A stretch of 62,673 nt of DNA, taken from assembly GCA_040905425.1 (NCBI GenBank), contig JBBDRO010000111.1, positions 4,382 to 67,054 of the forward strand, read 5' to 3'. Below the pieces are notes generated by a model. The model made no database searches and had not been told where the DNA came from. It saw only the letters and a program-made list of their open reading frames with translations. Below are positions 30,032-40,900 of this stretch, one piece after another. A program made the position numbers and the translations under genes. The stretch comes from Gemmatimonadota bacterium (lineage in GTDB: Bacteria; Gemmatimonadota; Gemmatimonadetes; Longimicrobiales; RSA9). Position 1 is the first letter of the stretch. Every line of letters starts with the position of its first letter.

Positions 30032-30960
30032 CCGGGGTCTGCCGGCCCCGTCCGGCTCACGCGCCGCGCGAGCACCGCGGCCGCCACCGCCACCACCACC
30101 ACCCCGCTCCAGCGCAGCATTCCCATGCGCTCGCCGAGCGCCGCCATGCCGAGCAGCGCCGCAATGACCGGCTCCACCGAGGCCAGCATGGCCGCCGAGC
30201 TGGCCGCGAGCGTGCGCAGCGCTCGCAGGTAGAAGAGGTAGGGCAGCAGCGTGGGCACGATCCCCAGCGCCACCAGGATCCAGAGATCGCCGCCGGCACG
30301 AAGAAGCGGCCCCACCGGCTCGGCCACGAGGGCCAGCGCCAGCGACGCGAAGGCAAAGGACCAGAAGACGGCCGCCACCGGCGAGTGCCGCCGGGTGGCC
30401 ACCTTGCTGAAGAGGGTGTAGAGCGCGTAAGTGAAGCCGGAGCCCAGCCCCAGCAGGAGCGCCATGGTGGGCACCACGGCCGTGCCGCTGGCCACCGCTC
30501 CCACAGCGCCCGTGACCAGGCCGATGCCCACCAGCAGCGCCGCCAGGGCAGCCACCCGGAAGGGTGGGATGGCCTCCTTCCAGAGCAGCCGCGAGAACAC
30601 CACCACGAAGGCGGGCGCCGTGTACAGGAGCGCCGCGGCCACGCCCACCTGGGTGCGCTCCAGGGTGGCGAAGAAGAGCGTCTCGAAGGCCGCGAAGCCC
30701 AGGATGCCGTAGGCGGCGAAGAAGGGGACCTCGCCCCAGCTGATGCGGAGCGGTGTGCGGGTGGCCAGCGCCACCACGGCCACGCCCGCCCAGCCGATCC
30801 AGGAGCGGACGCTGGCCAGCTCGAGCGGCGCGTAGCCGCGGGCGTAGAGCACCTTGGCAAAGAGGCCGAAGGTGCTCCACAGCGCGGCCGCGGCCAGCAC
30901 GTAGGCCACGGCTGCGCGGGGTGCGGGGCCCTCCCGCGCCGCCGGCTCCCGGACGGCCAC
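30028..30960 (-). CDS. EamA/DMT-family transporter
   Basis: About ten TM segments, LLYTAPAFV, SVEPVIAALL, LGE. Confidence 0.9.
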   Translation of the reverse strand: MAVREPAAREGPAPRAAVAYVLAAAALWSTFGLFAKVLYARGYAPLELASVRSWIGWAGVAVVALATRTPLRISWGEVPFFAAYGILGFAAFETLFFATLERTQVGVAAALLYTAPAFVVVFSRLLWKEAIPPFRVAALAALLVGIGLVTGAVGAVASGTAVVPTMALLLGLGSGFTYALYTLFSKVATRRHSPVAAVFWSFAFASLALALVAEPVGPLLRAGGDLWILVALGIVPTLLPYLFYLRALRTLAASSAAMLASVEPVIAALLGMAALGERMGMLRWSGVVVVAVAAAVLARRVSRTGPADPG

Positions 30961-30965
30961 GAGCG

Positions 30966-33353
30966 CTACTGCGCCTGGCCGGCGATCACGCGCAGCTCAC
31001 CCAGGCGGATGAACTGCTCCCCCAGCTCCATGTGCCGGTCCGCCTCCTCCGTGCGGCCCAGCATGTCGTAGACCAGCGCCATCCCCCAGTGGGTATAGCC
31101 GTAGTACGACGGGATCTGCTCCGTGGCCGAGTCCACCCAGTGGCCCCAGTCCGCGGGGAAGCCGGGGCCGTGCTGGAAGACGCCGCTCACCAGCTCTTCG
31201 GTGCGCGGCAGGTCCATGTAGGGGCCGAGCAGGCCGGCCAGCTGGTTGTTCTGCGGGATGGGCACGATGCCCGTGGCGGTGTCCGTCTGGACGGGGCCGT
31301 TGTGCAGCTTCATGGCCAGTCCCTGGCGGATCAGGTAGGGTCGCAGCGCCAGCTCGTTGTGCGCCTGGGTGGTCATGGCAAAGTAGATGGGCCGGTCCCC
31401 GATGGACTGCCGGATGATGGCCGCCAGGAACAGGTCGGAGGGGATGACCGTGCCGGTGTAAGCGTCCTCGGGGGAGAGCACCGTCTCGATGTTGCCTGCC
31501 TGGAACGGTTGCGCCGAGTCCATGTAGAAGGGCGGCGTGCCTGCCAGCTCCCCCACCTGCGCATCGGTGAAGGGCAGGATGGTCTTGAGCGGCGCGCGCC
31601 GTCCCGGCGGGATGTCCTCCGGGCTCACTCCCGGAGCATCCGTCGGGAGCATGCGCTGGCCATAGAGTTCCGGCGCGTTCTCCGGCTGGAAGGGCCGCTG
31701 GCAGAGGATGCGCGTGGGATCCTCGAGCGGGTCCTGGCCCGCCTGGCACGGCGTGGTCAGGTCCCGGAGCTGGCGCACGTACCACGGCGTGTTCAGGTAG
31801 CTCATCACGATCACTGTGACGTCCCGCCGCACCTCCTCCACCTCCTGGGCGTACCAGAGCGGGAAGGTGTCATTGTCCCCGTTGGTGAAGAGCACGCCGT
31901 AGGGCTCCACGCTGTTCAACAGGTTGTAGGCCCAGTCCCGCGCGCTGGTGTCCCCGCGGCGGGAGGCCCAGGACCAGTTGAGCAGCAGCGGGAAGAGCGC
32001 CACGAGCAGCACGGGCGCCGCCAGGACCTGCGCCCGGGCCATCCCCCGGGCGGCCAGCTCTTCGGCCAGCCAGCGCCAAGCCGCCACCACCCCGATCCCC
32101 GCCCACACCCCCCAGACCGAGAAGCTCACGATGAAGAAGTAGTCCCGCTCGCGCACCTCCCGGATCTCCATGCCGCCGGGCACCGGGTAGCTGAAGCCGT
32201 ACTTGAAATTCAGGTAGAAGACCAGCCCCGCCGACAGCGTCAGGAAGAGTACCGCCATGAAGGCAAAGCTGGGCCGATCCCGTTGATAGTTCCGGTACGC
32301 GCCGAAGAGGCCCAAAAAGACGAAGAGCAGTGTGGCCATGGGTCGCGCGCCGCCGAAGGCCGACAGGTTACCGGCCACCGAGCGGCCCCACTGCCAGTCG
32401 AAGTACTGGATGTAGTTGCCCATCTGCGCCGCCAGGAGGCCGATGTCACGCGGCATGTCCCGCTGCACGGGCGAATCCATGACCGACGGCTTGTCGTACT
32501 GCTGCCGGGAAAGTGCAGCGGACAGATCCTCACACCCGGCCCGCCCCATGGTGACCACGCTCACCACGGCACTGCCGATCGTCTCACAGGTGGGGTCCGC
32601 CTCGTTGATGATCGGATCCAGCTCGGCGCGGATGGGCAGGAAGAGGTGCACGGACAGGCCCAGCACCCCCACGACCACGGCGCCCGCGTAGAGCCGCCAG
32701 TTGAGCACCGTACGCGGGGCCACCATGAGGATGAACACCAGCAGGGCCGGCGCCACCAGGAAGGCCATGAGGTGATTGCCCACCGACAGGGCCAGGATGT
32801 AGACAATGAGGAGGAGCAGGTTGTCATCCTTGCCCTCGCCCAGCCGGTCACGCCAGCGGAAGGTCAGCCACGAGATGAGCGCTATGGTGAAGAGGCTCAC
32901 CGTGTAGACCTTCTCGTTCACGTTGGACTGGTTCCACACCGTGAAGGCCGCGGCGGATACGAGCACCGCGGCCCCCGCCCCCAGCAGGCGCACCGTGCGG
33001 CTGGGTGACAGGTAGGACATGATGCGGTGCGCCAGGAGGAACCACGCGCCGTGAGCCAGCGCGCCCATGGTGGCGCTGAAGAGGTTGATGCGCACCGCCA
33101 CCGTGTCCACGATGGGGGAGAGCAGCACGCTCCACGCCCGGGCCAGTACCACGAACAGCGGATTCCCCGGTGGGTGGGGGATGCCCAGGATGTTCGCGGT
33201 GGCTATGTACTCGCTCGTGTCCCAGAACCAGGTGGTGGGAGAGAGCGTGAAGGCGTACAGCGCCCATACCGCGACCATGGCCACCGCGGCCACCAGGTAG
33301 GGTGGGCGGTAGGTCTCGGCCACGGGCGCGCCGGGCGGGGTGCTTGGCTTCAT
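30966..33353 (-). CDS. DUF2723/TMEM260-like GT-C membrane protein (putative protein O-glycosyltransferase)
   Basis: FWDTSEYI, LGIPHPPGNPLF, EVRERDYFF, LFTNGDNDTFPLWYAQEVE. Confidence 0.88.
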   Translation of the reverse strand: MKPSTPPGAPVAETYRPPYLVAAVAMVAVWALYAFTLSPTTWFWDTSEYIATANILGIPHPPGNPLFVVLARAWSVLLSPIVDTVAVRINLFSATMGALAHGAWFLLAHRIMSYLSPSRTVRLLGAGAAVLVSAAAFTVWNQSNVNEKVYTVSLFTIALISWLTFRWRDRLGEGKDDNLLLLIVYILALSVGNHLMAFLVAPALLVFILMVAPRTVLNWRLYAGAVVVGVLGLSVHLFLPIRAELDPIINEADPTCETIGSAVVSVVTMGRAGCEDLSAALSRQQYDKPSVMDSPVQRDMPRDIGLLAAQMGNYIQYFDWQWGRSVAGNLSAFGGARPMATLLFVFLGLFGAYRNYQRDRPSFAFMAVLFLTLSAGLVFYLNFKYGFSYPVPGGMEIREVRERDYFFIVSFSVWGVWAGIGVVAAWRWLAEELAARGMARAQVLAAPVLLVALFPLLLNWSWASRRGDTSARDWAYNLLNSVEPYGVLFTNGDNDTFPLWYAQEVEEVRRDVTVIVMSYLNTPWYVRQLRDLTTPCQAGQDPLEDPTRILCQRPFQPENAPELYGQRMLPTDAPGVSPEDIPPGRRAPLKTILPFTDAQVGELAGTPPFYMDSAQPFQAGNIETVLSPEDAYTGTVIPSDLFLAAIIRQSIGDRPIYFAMTTQAHNELALRPYLIRQGLAMKLHNGPVQTDTATGIVPIPQNNQLAGLLGPYMDLPRTEELVSGVFQHGPGFPADWGHWVDSATEQIPSYYGYTHWGMALVYDMLGRTEEADRHMELGEQFIRLGELRVIAGQAQ

Positions 33354-33416
33354 GCCACGTTTCGATGCGGGAAGCGAGCGGGCGCCCGCACCGGACGGAC
33401 GCCCGTCAAACCCCTG

Positions 33417-33445
33417 AGTCTACTGCGCCGGAAGAGGGGGCTCAA
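33417..33445 (-). promoter_or_regulatory. Putative sigma70 promoter for the DUF2723-EamA genes
   Basis: Minus strand TTGAGC-N17-TAGACT. Confidence 0.4.
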
Positions 33446-33481
33446 GCCCACACGCGGCAAGGGGGGCGCGTCCGCGCACGT

Positions 33482-34093
33482 TCAGAAGATGCCGAGGCGA
33501 ATTCCCAGGCTCACGAAGAGGTCATTCTGCACGCTGCTGGCGCTGCCCTCCGGGCCGTTCCACGAGCTGAGATAGTCACTCAGTTCCACGACCAGCGCCA
33601 CCGGCCCGTCACCCACATCCACCCCCACGCCGGCGTGAAAGGTGAAGTCACTGCCGGTGGGCGGGGTCACGGCGTCGAGCATCTCCGGGTCCGTCGGCGG
33701 CCCGAATTCGTAGCGCCGCATGCCGAAGCCGGTGAGCAGGTAAGGCCGGGCGAAGGCAATGGTGGGCGCCGGGCGGAACACCAGGTCTCCCACGACGGCC
33801 AGCACACTGCCGCTGGTGACCTCGCTGCCCTGGGCGTTGCGCAGCGCGATGTCCGGCGCCAGGTCCATGTTGACGCGGAAGTTCAGCGGCAGCATGGGCA
33901 TGTCCAGCTCCAGGGCCACGCCCACGGCCGGGCCGGAACCCATCTCCATGCCCTCATCGAGGGTGGCAAGGGGCGCGAACCAGCCCACCCGCGGAACCGT
34001 CTTCAGGCTGATCGGCGCCTGGGCATGCAGTGCGTGGTGGGGTACGAACAGAGCGGCGGCTAGCGCCGCCCCCGTGAGCCAATGCTTCAGCAT
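33482..34093 (-). CDS. Small outer-membrane beta-barrel protein
   Basis: Signal peptide ending LHA-Q, RPYLLTGFG, HAGVGVD, terminal LGIF. Confidence 0.7.
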   Translation of the reverse strand: MLKHWLTGAALAAALFVPHHALHAQAPISLKTVPRVGWFAPLATLDEGMEMGSGPAVGVALELDMPMLPLNFRVNMDLAPDIALRNAQGSEVTSGSVLAVVGDLVFRPAPTIAFARPYLLTGFGMRRYEFGPPTDPEMLDAVTPPTGSDFTFHAGVGVDVGDGPVALVVELSDYLSSWNGPEGSASSVQNDLFVSLGIRLGIF

Positions 34094-34168
34094 ATGCACC
34101 TTCTAAGGGCGGCATCCCGGGTCCGGGCATACCGCCACGTATACAGTTCGGCGTCCAACCTATAATGG

Positions 34169-36166
34169 TTACGTGCGCGCGAGGACCAGGCTCCCGGACG
34201 GATCCACGTCCGCCGCCCAGCCTTCGGGCACCCATGTGGTGGCGGTGTACTCCGCCACCACGGCGGGGCCCTGTACCCGACTTCCCGGGCGCAGGTCCCG
34301 CCGTCGATGATAGAACGCTTCAAGGATGCGTCCTTCGCACACCACCCTGCCCCGAGCCGGTTCGGGGGCGGCGGCGCTGCCCCCGTCTGCGGGTGCCTCG
34401 AGCAGCCGTGCCGGCGCCAGGGCGGGCACGGGAACCGTGGCTTCTACCCGCAGGGTGACGGCCTCCACGGCCTCACCCGGCGCGGCATATCCGTAGCGCT
34501 GCTCGTGGGCGGCGTGGAACGCCGCCAGCCAGTCCGGCGCCGCCACGTTCAGTTCGTGGCTCTGCCCGCGGTAGCGTGCGTCCACCGAGCGGTGCACGAG
34601 CACGGCGTCGGGTGCGGCACCCTCCTCGATCATGGCGGCCCGCGCCTCGGCCTCGAGCTCCGCGAAGACCGGCTCGAGTTCAAAAGCGGGCTCGGTGTCG
34701 GCCGCGCGCAGCACGGTACGTGACGCCTCGCGCCGGATGGGCGCCACCAGCATGCCGTAGGCCGACAGCGCGCCGGGCGCCGGCGGCACCAGCACCTCGC
34801 GCACCCCCAGACGCCCGGCCAGCTCAGCGGCGTGCAGGCCGGCCGCGCCGCCGAAGGCCACCAGCGATAGCTCCCCCGGATCGAAGCCGCGCTCCACGCT
34901 GATCACCCGGAGGGCACCCTCCATGGCGGCGTTGGCCACACGTAGCACGCCCTCCGCCGCCGCGTCCGGCTCGAGCCCCGCCGCCGCGGCCAGTGCGCGC
35001 AGCGGCCCCTCCACGGCGGCCCGGTCGAGCGCGCGTTCTCCCCCCAGGAAGGCGTGCGGCGGGAGCCGCCCCAACCAGACGTGGGCGTCCGTGACGGTGA
35101 CCCCGGTGCCGCCCCGGCCGTAGCAGATCGGACCCGGATCCGCGCCGGCGCTGCCGGGCCCCACCCGCAGCGCGCCGCCCGCATCCACCCGGGCCAGCGA
35201 GCCGCCGCCCGCGCCCACCGTGACGATGTCCAGGACGGGCAGCGCCACCGGCAGACCGGCAATGGTGAAGGCCCGGGTGTGGAGCGGGCGGCCCGGGCAC
35301 AGGGACACGTCCGTAGAGGTGCCACCCATGTCGAACGTGAGTAGCTGGGTGCGGCCCGCCGCGGCACCCGCCGCCATGGCGCCGGCCACGCCGCCCGCCG
35401 GTCCCGAGAGGACAGTGCGCGCGGCCTCCCGCCGGGCGCGTGCCACGGGGATGGCCCCGCCGCCCGATTCCATGATCCGGACGCGGCGGGCCCCCGCATC
35501 ACGCTCGAGGTGCGCCAGGTAGCGATCCATGAGCGGCGTCACGTAGGCGTTCACCACGGTGGTGGCGGTGCGCTCGTACTCGCGGAACTCCGGCAGCAGG
35601 TGACTGGAGAGAGAGATGGGCAGGCCCGTGGCCTCGAGCGCCGCGGCCACGGCCCGCTCGTGCGCGGGGTCGGCATAGCTGTGCAGCAGGCAGATGGCCA
35701 CGGCCTCCACACCGCGCACCGCCTCCGCCAGGCGGGCCAGTTCGGCGGGGTCCAGGGCGGCCACCTCCGCGCCGTCGGCCGCCAGGCGCCCGGCCACGCC
35801 ATGCCGGTCCTCCGGGGCCACCAGCGCCGGTGCCACCTCCCCGTGCAGGGCGTAGAGGTGGGGCCGGTTCTGGCGCCCGATCTCGAGCACGTCCTCCAGG
35901 CCGCGGTTGGTGATCAGCGCTACCCGGGCGCCGCGGCGCTCGAGCAGCGCGTTGGTGGCCACCGTGGAGCCGTGCACCAGGACGAAGTCCTCCGCCTCCT
36001 CGGACAGGACACGGCGCAGGCCCTCGAGCACCGCCCGTGCCGGCTCGGCGGGCGTGGAGGGCACCTTGGCCACCCGCACCCGCTCCCCCCGCACCGCGAT
36101 CACGTCGGTGAAGGTGCCGCCCGTGTCGGCCGCGATGATTGACACGTCCTGGAATCCGCTCGACAT
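34169..36166 (-). CDS. Hydantoinase/oxoprolinase A-subunit family protein
   Basis: DTGGTFTD, HGSTVATN, EYERTATT, SGPAGG, DMGGTSTD, GAGGGS, RYRGQSHE. Start at 36166 or GTG 36145. Confidence 0.93.
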   Translation of the reverse strand: MSSGFQDVSIIAADTGGTFTDVIAVRGERVRVAKVPSTPAEPARAVLEGLRRVLSEEAEDFVLVHGSTVATNALLERRGARVALITNRGLEDVLEIGRQNRPHLYALHGEVAPALVAPEDRHGVAGRLAADGAEVAALDPAELARLAEAVRGVEAVAICLLHSYADPAHERAVAAALEATGLPISLSSHLLPEFREYERTATTVVNAYVTPLMDRYLAHLERDAGARRVRIMESGGGAIPVARARREAARTVLSGPAGGVAGAMAAGAAAGRTQLLTFDMGGTSTDVSLCPGRPLHTRAFTIAGLPVALPVLDIVTVGAGGGSLARVDAGGALRVGPGSAGADPGPICYGRGGTGVTVTDAHVWLGRLPPHAFLGGERALDRAAVEGPLRALAAAAGLEPDAAAEGVLRVANAAMEGALRVISVERGFDPGELSLVAFGGAAGLHAAELAGRLGVREVLVPPAPGALSAYGMLVAPIRREASRTVLRAADTEPAFELEPVFAELEAEARAAMIEEGAAPDAVLVHRSVDARYRGQSHELNVAAPDWLAAFHAAHEQRYGYAAPGEAVEAVTLRVEATVPVPALAPARLLEAPADGGSAAAPEPARGRVVCEGRILEAFYHRRRDLRPGSRVQGPAVVAEYTATTWVPEGWAADVDPSGSLVLART

Positions 36167-36176
36167 TGCAGCCTCT

Positions 36177-37676
36177 ATGCACTTTCCTGAACGCAACGAC
36201 TTCGTGGAGCTCGCGGCCCGGGGGGATCTGGTGCCCGTGCGGCGCTCCTTCCTCTTCGACGCCGATACGGCGGTCACCGCGTACGCAAAGCTGCGCGAGC
36301 CGCCCTTCGGCTTTCTGCTCGAGTCCGTGGAGGGCGGCGAGACCTGGGCTCGCTGGACCTTCCTGGGCACCTGCCCCCGCGCCGCGTGGCGGCTCCACGC
36401 CGGTGGCCGCGTCTCCACGTGGAGCCCGGCGGACGGCTGGCGGGACGAAGGCGTAAGCCGCGATCCCCTGGCCGACCTCGACGCGCGGCTCCGTGCGCTG
36501 CGTCCCGTCCACGTTCCCGGCATGCCCCGCTTCATCGGCGGCGCCGTGGGCTACCTGGGCTACGACGTGGTCCGCTACATGGAGCGCCTCCCGGACGCGC
36601 CGCCTGATGACCGGGAGCTGCCCGAGGCGTTGCTGGTGTTCACGCACATCGTGCTGGCCATCGACAATCTCTACGGCCGCGCGCACGCCGTGGCGCTGGT
36701 GGACGTCCGTGACGCCGACCGGGCCGAACTCGAGCGGCGCTACGATACCGCCGCCGCCGACCTCGACGCGCTGGTGACGCGGCTGGCCGAGCGTTCCGGT
36801 CCCGGTCCCCTCACCCTGCACGAGGACGCCGACGCGCCGCAGGCCTTCGAGAGCACGTTCTCCCGCGCCGCCTACGAGGCGGCGGTGGAGCGGGTGCAGG
36901 AATATATCGCCGCGGGCGACGCCTTCCAGGTGGTGCTCAGCCAGCGCCTGGACGTGCCGCTGGAGGCCGAGCCCTTCGACCTGTACCGGGCGCTGCGCTC
37001 GCTCAACCCCTCCCCCTACCTCTACTTCCTCGAGCTGGACGGCGTGGCGCTGGTCGGCTCGTCCCCCGAGGCACTGGTCCGCCTCGAGGAGGACACGGTA
37101 ACGGTTCGGCCCATTGCCGGCACGCGGCGCCGCGGCGCGAACGAGGCGGAGGACGCGGCGCTGGCGGCCGAGCTGCTGGCGGACGAGAAGGAGCGCGCGG
37201 AGCACCTCATGCTCGTGGACCTGGGACGCAATGACGTGGGGCGGGTGGCCCGCTTCGGCAGCGTGGAGGTCACCGACTTCATGCGCATCGAGCGCTACAG
37301 CCACGTCCACCACATGGTGTCCCAGGTGCAGGGGCGGCTGCGGGAGGGACTCGGCGCCATGGACGTGCTGCGTGCCTGCTTCCCGGCGGGCACCGTGTCG
37401 GGAGCCCCGAAGATCCGCGCCATGGAGATCATCGACGAGCTGGAGCCGGTGCGGCGGGGGCCCTATGCCGGCGCGGTGGGCTACCTGGCCTACGGCGGCG
37501 CCACCCTGGACGCGGCCATTGCCATCCGCACGATCGTGGCCCGCGGCCGCCGCGCCTACGTGCAGGCCGGGGCCGGCTTGGTGGCGGACTCCCGCCCCGC
37601 ACGGGAGTTCGACGAGACGCTGGAGAAGGCCGCCGCCCTGCTGCGGGTGCTGCGCATGGTGCCGCCGCGGCCCTGA
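36177..37676 (+). CDS. trpE: Anthranilate synthase component I
   Basis: FLLESVEGGE, FQVVLSQR, NPSPY, GSSPE, PIAGTR, KERAEHLMLVDLGRND, PAGTVSGAPK. PabB cannot be fully excluded. Confidence 0.88.
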   Translation: MHFPERNDFVELAARGDLVPVRRSFLFDADTAVTAYAKLREPPFGFLLESVEGGETWARWTFLGTCPRAAWRLHAGGRVSTWSPADGWRDEGVSRDPLADLDARLRALRPVHVPGMPRFIGGAVGYLGYDVVRYMERLPDAPPDDRELPEALLVFTHIVLAIDNLYGRAHAVALVDVRDADRAELERRYDTAAADLDALVTRLAERSGPGPLTLHEDADAPQAFESTFSRAAYEAAVERVQEYIAAGDAFQVVLSQRLDVPLEAEPFDLYRALRSLNPSPYLYFLELDGVALVGSSPEALVRLEEDTVTVRPIAGTRRRGANEAEDAALAAELLADEKERAEHLMLVDLGRNDVGRVARFGSVEVTDFMRIERYSHVHHMVSQVQGRLREGLGAMDVLRACFPAGTVSGAPKIRAMEIIDELEPVRRGPYAGAVGYLAYGGATLDAAIAIRTIVARGRRAYVQAGAGLVADSRPAREFDETLEKAAALLRVLRMVPPRP

Positions 37677-37765
37677 ATACGTGCCCCCTGTCACAAGTCA
37701 GCCCGGTCGTGCGTTTTTCGGATGTCCGTGAGGTCTGTTTGGACAACGGCGCGAGAACGTCATCC

Positions 37766-37794
37766 TTGACAGGGATTTGTGGCAGCGGTACTCT
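37766..37794 (+). promoter_or_regulatory. Near-consensus sigma70 promoter for the TonB-receptor operon
   Basis: TTGACA-N17-TACTCT, about 200 bp upstream of ATG 37994. Confidence 0.7.
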
Positions 37795-37993
37795 GCGCTC
37801 AATCGCTCAATGCGCTGTACAAGTTTGGGTCAGGCAAGTACGAGAGATCCGAGCCTGGCGCCGTTCCCTGCCCGGAACGACGTGACCGGGCTCCAACGCC
37901 GGCACGCTCCCATGCCCTCACGACGGGGGCGGGCGCTCCGGCGTCATTGCACGAAACGCCATGCCCGATTCATTCCATCCGCCGGAGGATCGT

Positions 37994-40900
37994 ATGCAAC
38001 TTTCACTTCGGGCCGCCCGTCCATGGGCGTTCCTCGCCGTGCTGCTGGTGCTGGCCAGTCCGCTGGCCGCGCAGTCGACGGGGAAGCTGCAGGGACGAGT
38101 GACCGACGAGCAGACGGGGCAGCCCATCCAGGGTGCGCAGGTCGTCATCGTGGGCACGCAGTTCGGCAACATCACGAACGATGAGGGCTTCTACTTCATC
38201 AACAACGTGCCGGCGGACCTGCACGACATCCGGGCGCAGTTCATCGGGTACCAGTCCACCACGGTCCTCCAGGAGCGCGTCCTCGCGGGCCAGACCCACA
38301 CGGTCGACTTCCAGCTGAACCCCAGCGCGGTGACCATCGAAGGCATCGAGATCGTGGGTGAGTCGCGGCCGCTCGTGCCGCGTGACCAGGTGGGCTCCAA
38401 GAACATCGTCACCGGCGAGACGGTGGACAACCTGCCGGTGGATGACGTGAACCAGGTGCTCGTCCTGCAGCCGGGCGTGGTGAGTTCAACCCGCGGCATC
38501 TCCATCCGCGGCGGGCGCAGCGGGGAGGAGGCCGTCTACGTGGACGGCGTGCTCATTCGCAACCTCAATTCGGGGAGGTCCCGCCTGCAAGTGGGCACCA
38601 ACTCCCTCTCCGAGGTGGACGTGCTCACCGGCGGCTTCAGCGCCGAGTACGGCAACGCCCAGTCGGGCATCATCAACTTCGTGACGCGCACCGGTGGCCA
38701 GCAGTGGGCCGGGAACTTCTCGTTCCAGTCTGACGAGATGATGCCGAACGAGTGGTCGCGCGGTCTGAACCGGGCCGAGCTGTCCCTGGGCGGGCCCGTC
38801 TGGGGTGACCTCTCCTTCTTCGGCGCGGCCACGGCGGAGGGCCGGCGCTTCGGGAACGAATTCAACAATCGTACGGACGATTACCCGATTTACGTGATCA
38901 GCGGCGTGGATACCGTCATCACCATGCAGGATGCCACGGCTCCGGCGCTGGGGCAGACGGACACGCGTGACGTGGTGGTGCCGGAGTTCGTGCGCTTCGA
39001 TGAGGGCGGGCGCCGCCCGCTCTCCCAATCGGACGAGTTCACGCTCGACGGCAAGCTGGATTACGGCTACGGCCAGGGCTCGCGGGTCTTCGTCACGTCG
39101 AAGATCTCGCGCAACCAGGGCCGTACCACGGGCAACTTCGGCCTCTTCAACCCGTCCAGCTACAGCGGTTCGAAATTCGATTCACGGGCGCTCATCCTGG
39201 GCTGGACGCACCAGTTCGTGCAGAGTGCCGAGCGGGCCCTGGCGCTGGACGTCAAGGTGGCCCGCACCCAGGACGAATTCCTCGGCGGTGCGCTCGACCC
39301 CGCGTGGGACGTGGACCACCGCGACTCCTTTATGGGCTTCACCATGGACGGCATGGAGTTCCTCGTGAACGAGGACAACTTCCCCGTGGACGGGACGCTG
39401 GTGAGCAACTTCCTGCGCAACGAGGGGCGGCGGACGCCCTTCGACCAGGGTCGCACCGACCTGCGGGGCTCCTCCGAGTTCCGCATGAATCCGTACGGCA
39501 TCACGCGTGGCACGGTGGGCACGTTCAACACCGCGGGCGTGACGCCGGCCTTCAACTACAACAACGAAAAGCAGTGGCAGATCCGCGCTACGGTGGACTG
39601 GCAGGCCAACCGCCAGAACCGCGTCAAGTTCGGTGGTGAGTACCTGGACGTGGATCTGGCCGCCGCCGCCACCAACCTGCAGGACCAGGGCTTCGCGGAC
39701 GTGTGGGTGGAGACGCCCAAGCTGGCGTCCCTCTTCGTCCAGGATCGTATCGACCTGGGTGACATCGTGGTGGAGGGCGGTCTGCGCTGGGACCACTTCG
39801 ATCCCAACTCGACTTTCCCCGTGACGGCCGGCTTCTTCGATCCGGATGACCCCGATACCTTCGAAGCGGCGCCGACCCGGTCCAAGCTCTCCCCGCGCCT
39901 GGGCGTCTCGTTCCCGGTGACGGTGAACAGCACGTTCCGCCTCTCCTACGGCCACTTCGTGCAGCTGCCGGATCTGAACGAGTACTACCAGGGGAAGAAC
40001 GTGGACTTCTTCCGCTTCCGGAACACGAACACGAATGACATCTTCGGCCGGCCGCTGGAGCTGGGGAAGACCATTGCCTTCGAGTTCGGCTACCGGCAGC
40101 TGCTCGCGCCGGACTTCGTGCTGGACGTGTCCGCCTACAACCGTGACAAGCTGGCCGACGTCACGGTCCGCAAGCTGGCGTGGGACGATCCCACGGTGGA
40201 AGGTCAGGTGGTCTACCTGAACACGCTGACCAATGCCGACTTCGGCTCCATCCGGGGCATCGACCTGCGCCTGGACCGGCGCTTCAGCAACATCATGGAC
40301 GTGATGGCGGGCTACTCGTACCAGGATGCCAAGAACACCGGTACGGATCCGTTCACGTTCACCAACATCTTTGCCCGGCAGGAGAGCAACGCCAACCAGC
40401 TGCTCGGACTGCCGCCCAATCCGGCGCAGGCCATCCGGGCCACCGAGGAGAACCGGAAGCACAACTTCACCGGGAACCTCTCGCTGCATTTCCCGCGCGA
40501 TCACGACAACGCCGTGCTCCGCAATCTGGGTCTGTTCGCCACGGCCCGCTTTGCCAGTGGTCAGCCCTACACCCCGCTGGCGGACGTGGGTGAGGATCTG
40601 CCCACGTGCTGGCCGTGCGGTGCCAACAGCGGCGTGTTGGCCGATGACGAGATCAGCTCGGCCGTGGGTCCGTGGTCCAAGAACTTTGACCTCAAGGCCA
40701 GCAAGGGCGTGAGCCTGATGGGTTACAGCGCCAGTGTGTTCCTGGACGTTCGCAACCTGTTCGACTTCGAGAACTGGAACGCGATCTACCAGCATACCGG
40801 TGACATCGTGGCGGAGGATTCCTTCGACCGTCTGGTGCTCTCCGAGCGCCAGAGCGTGGGTGGCGGCGTGGTGCGCGACGAGATCGACCTCGAGGACGTG

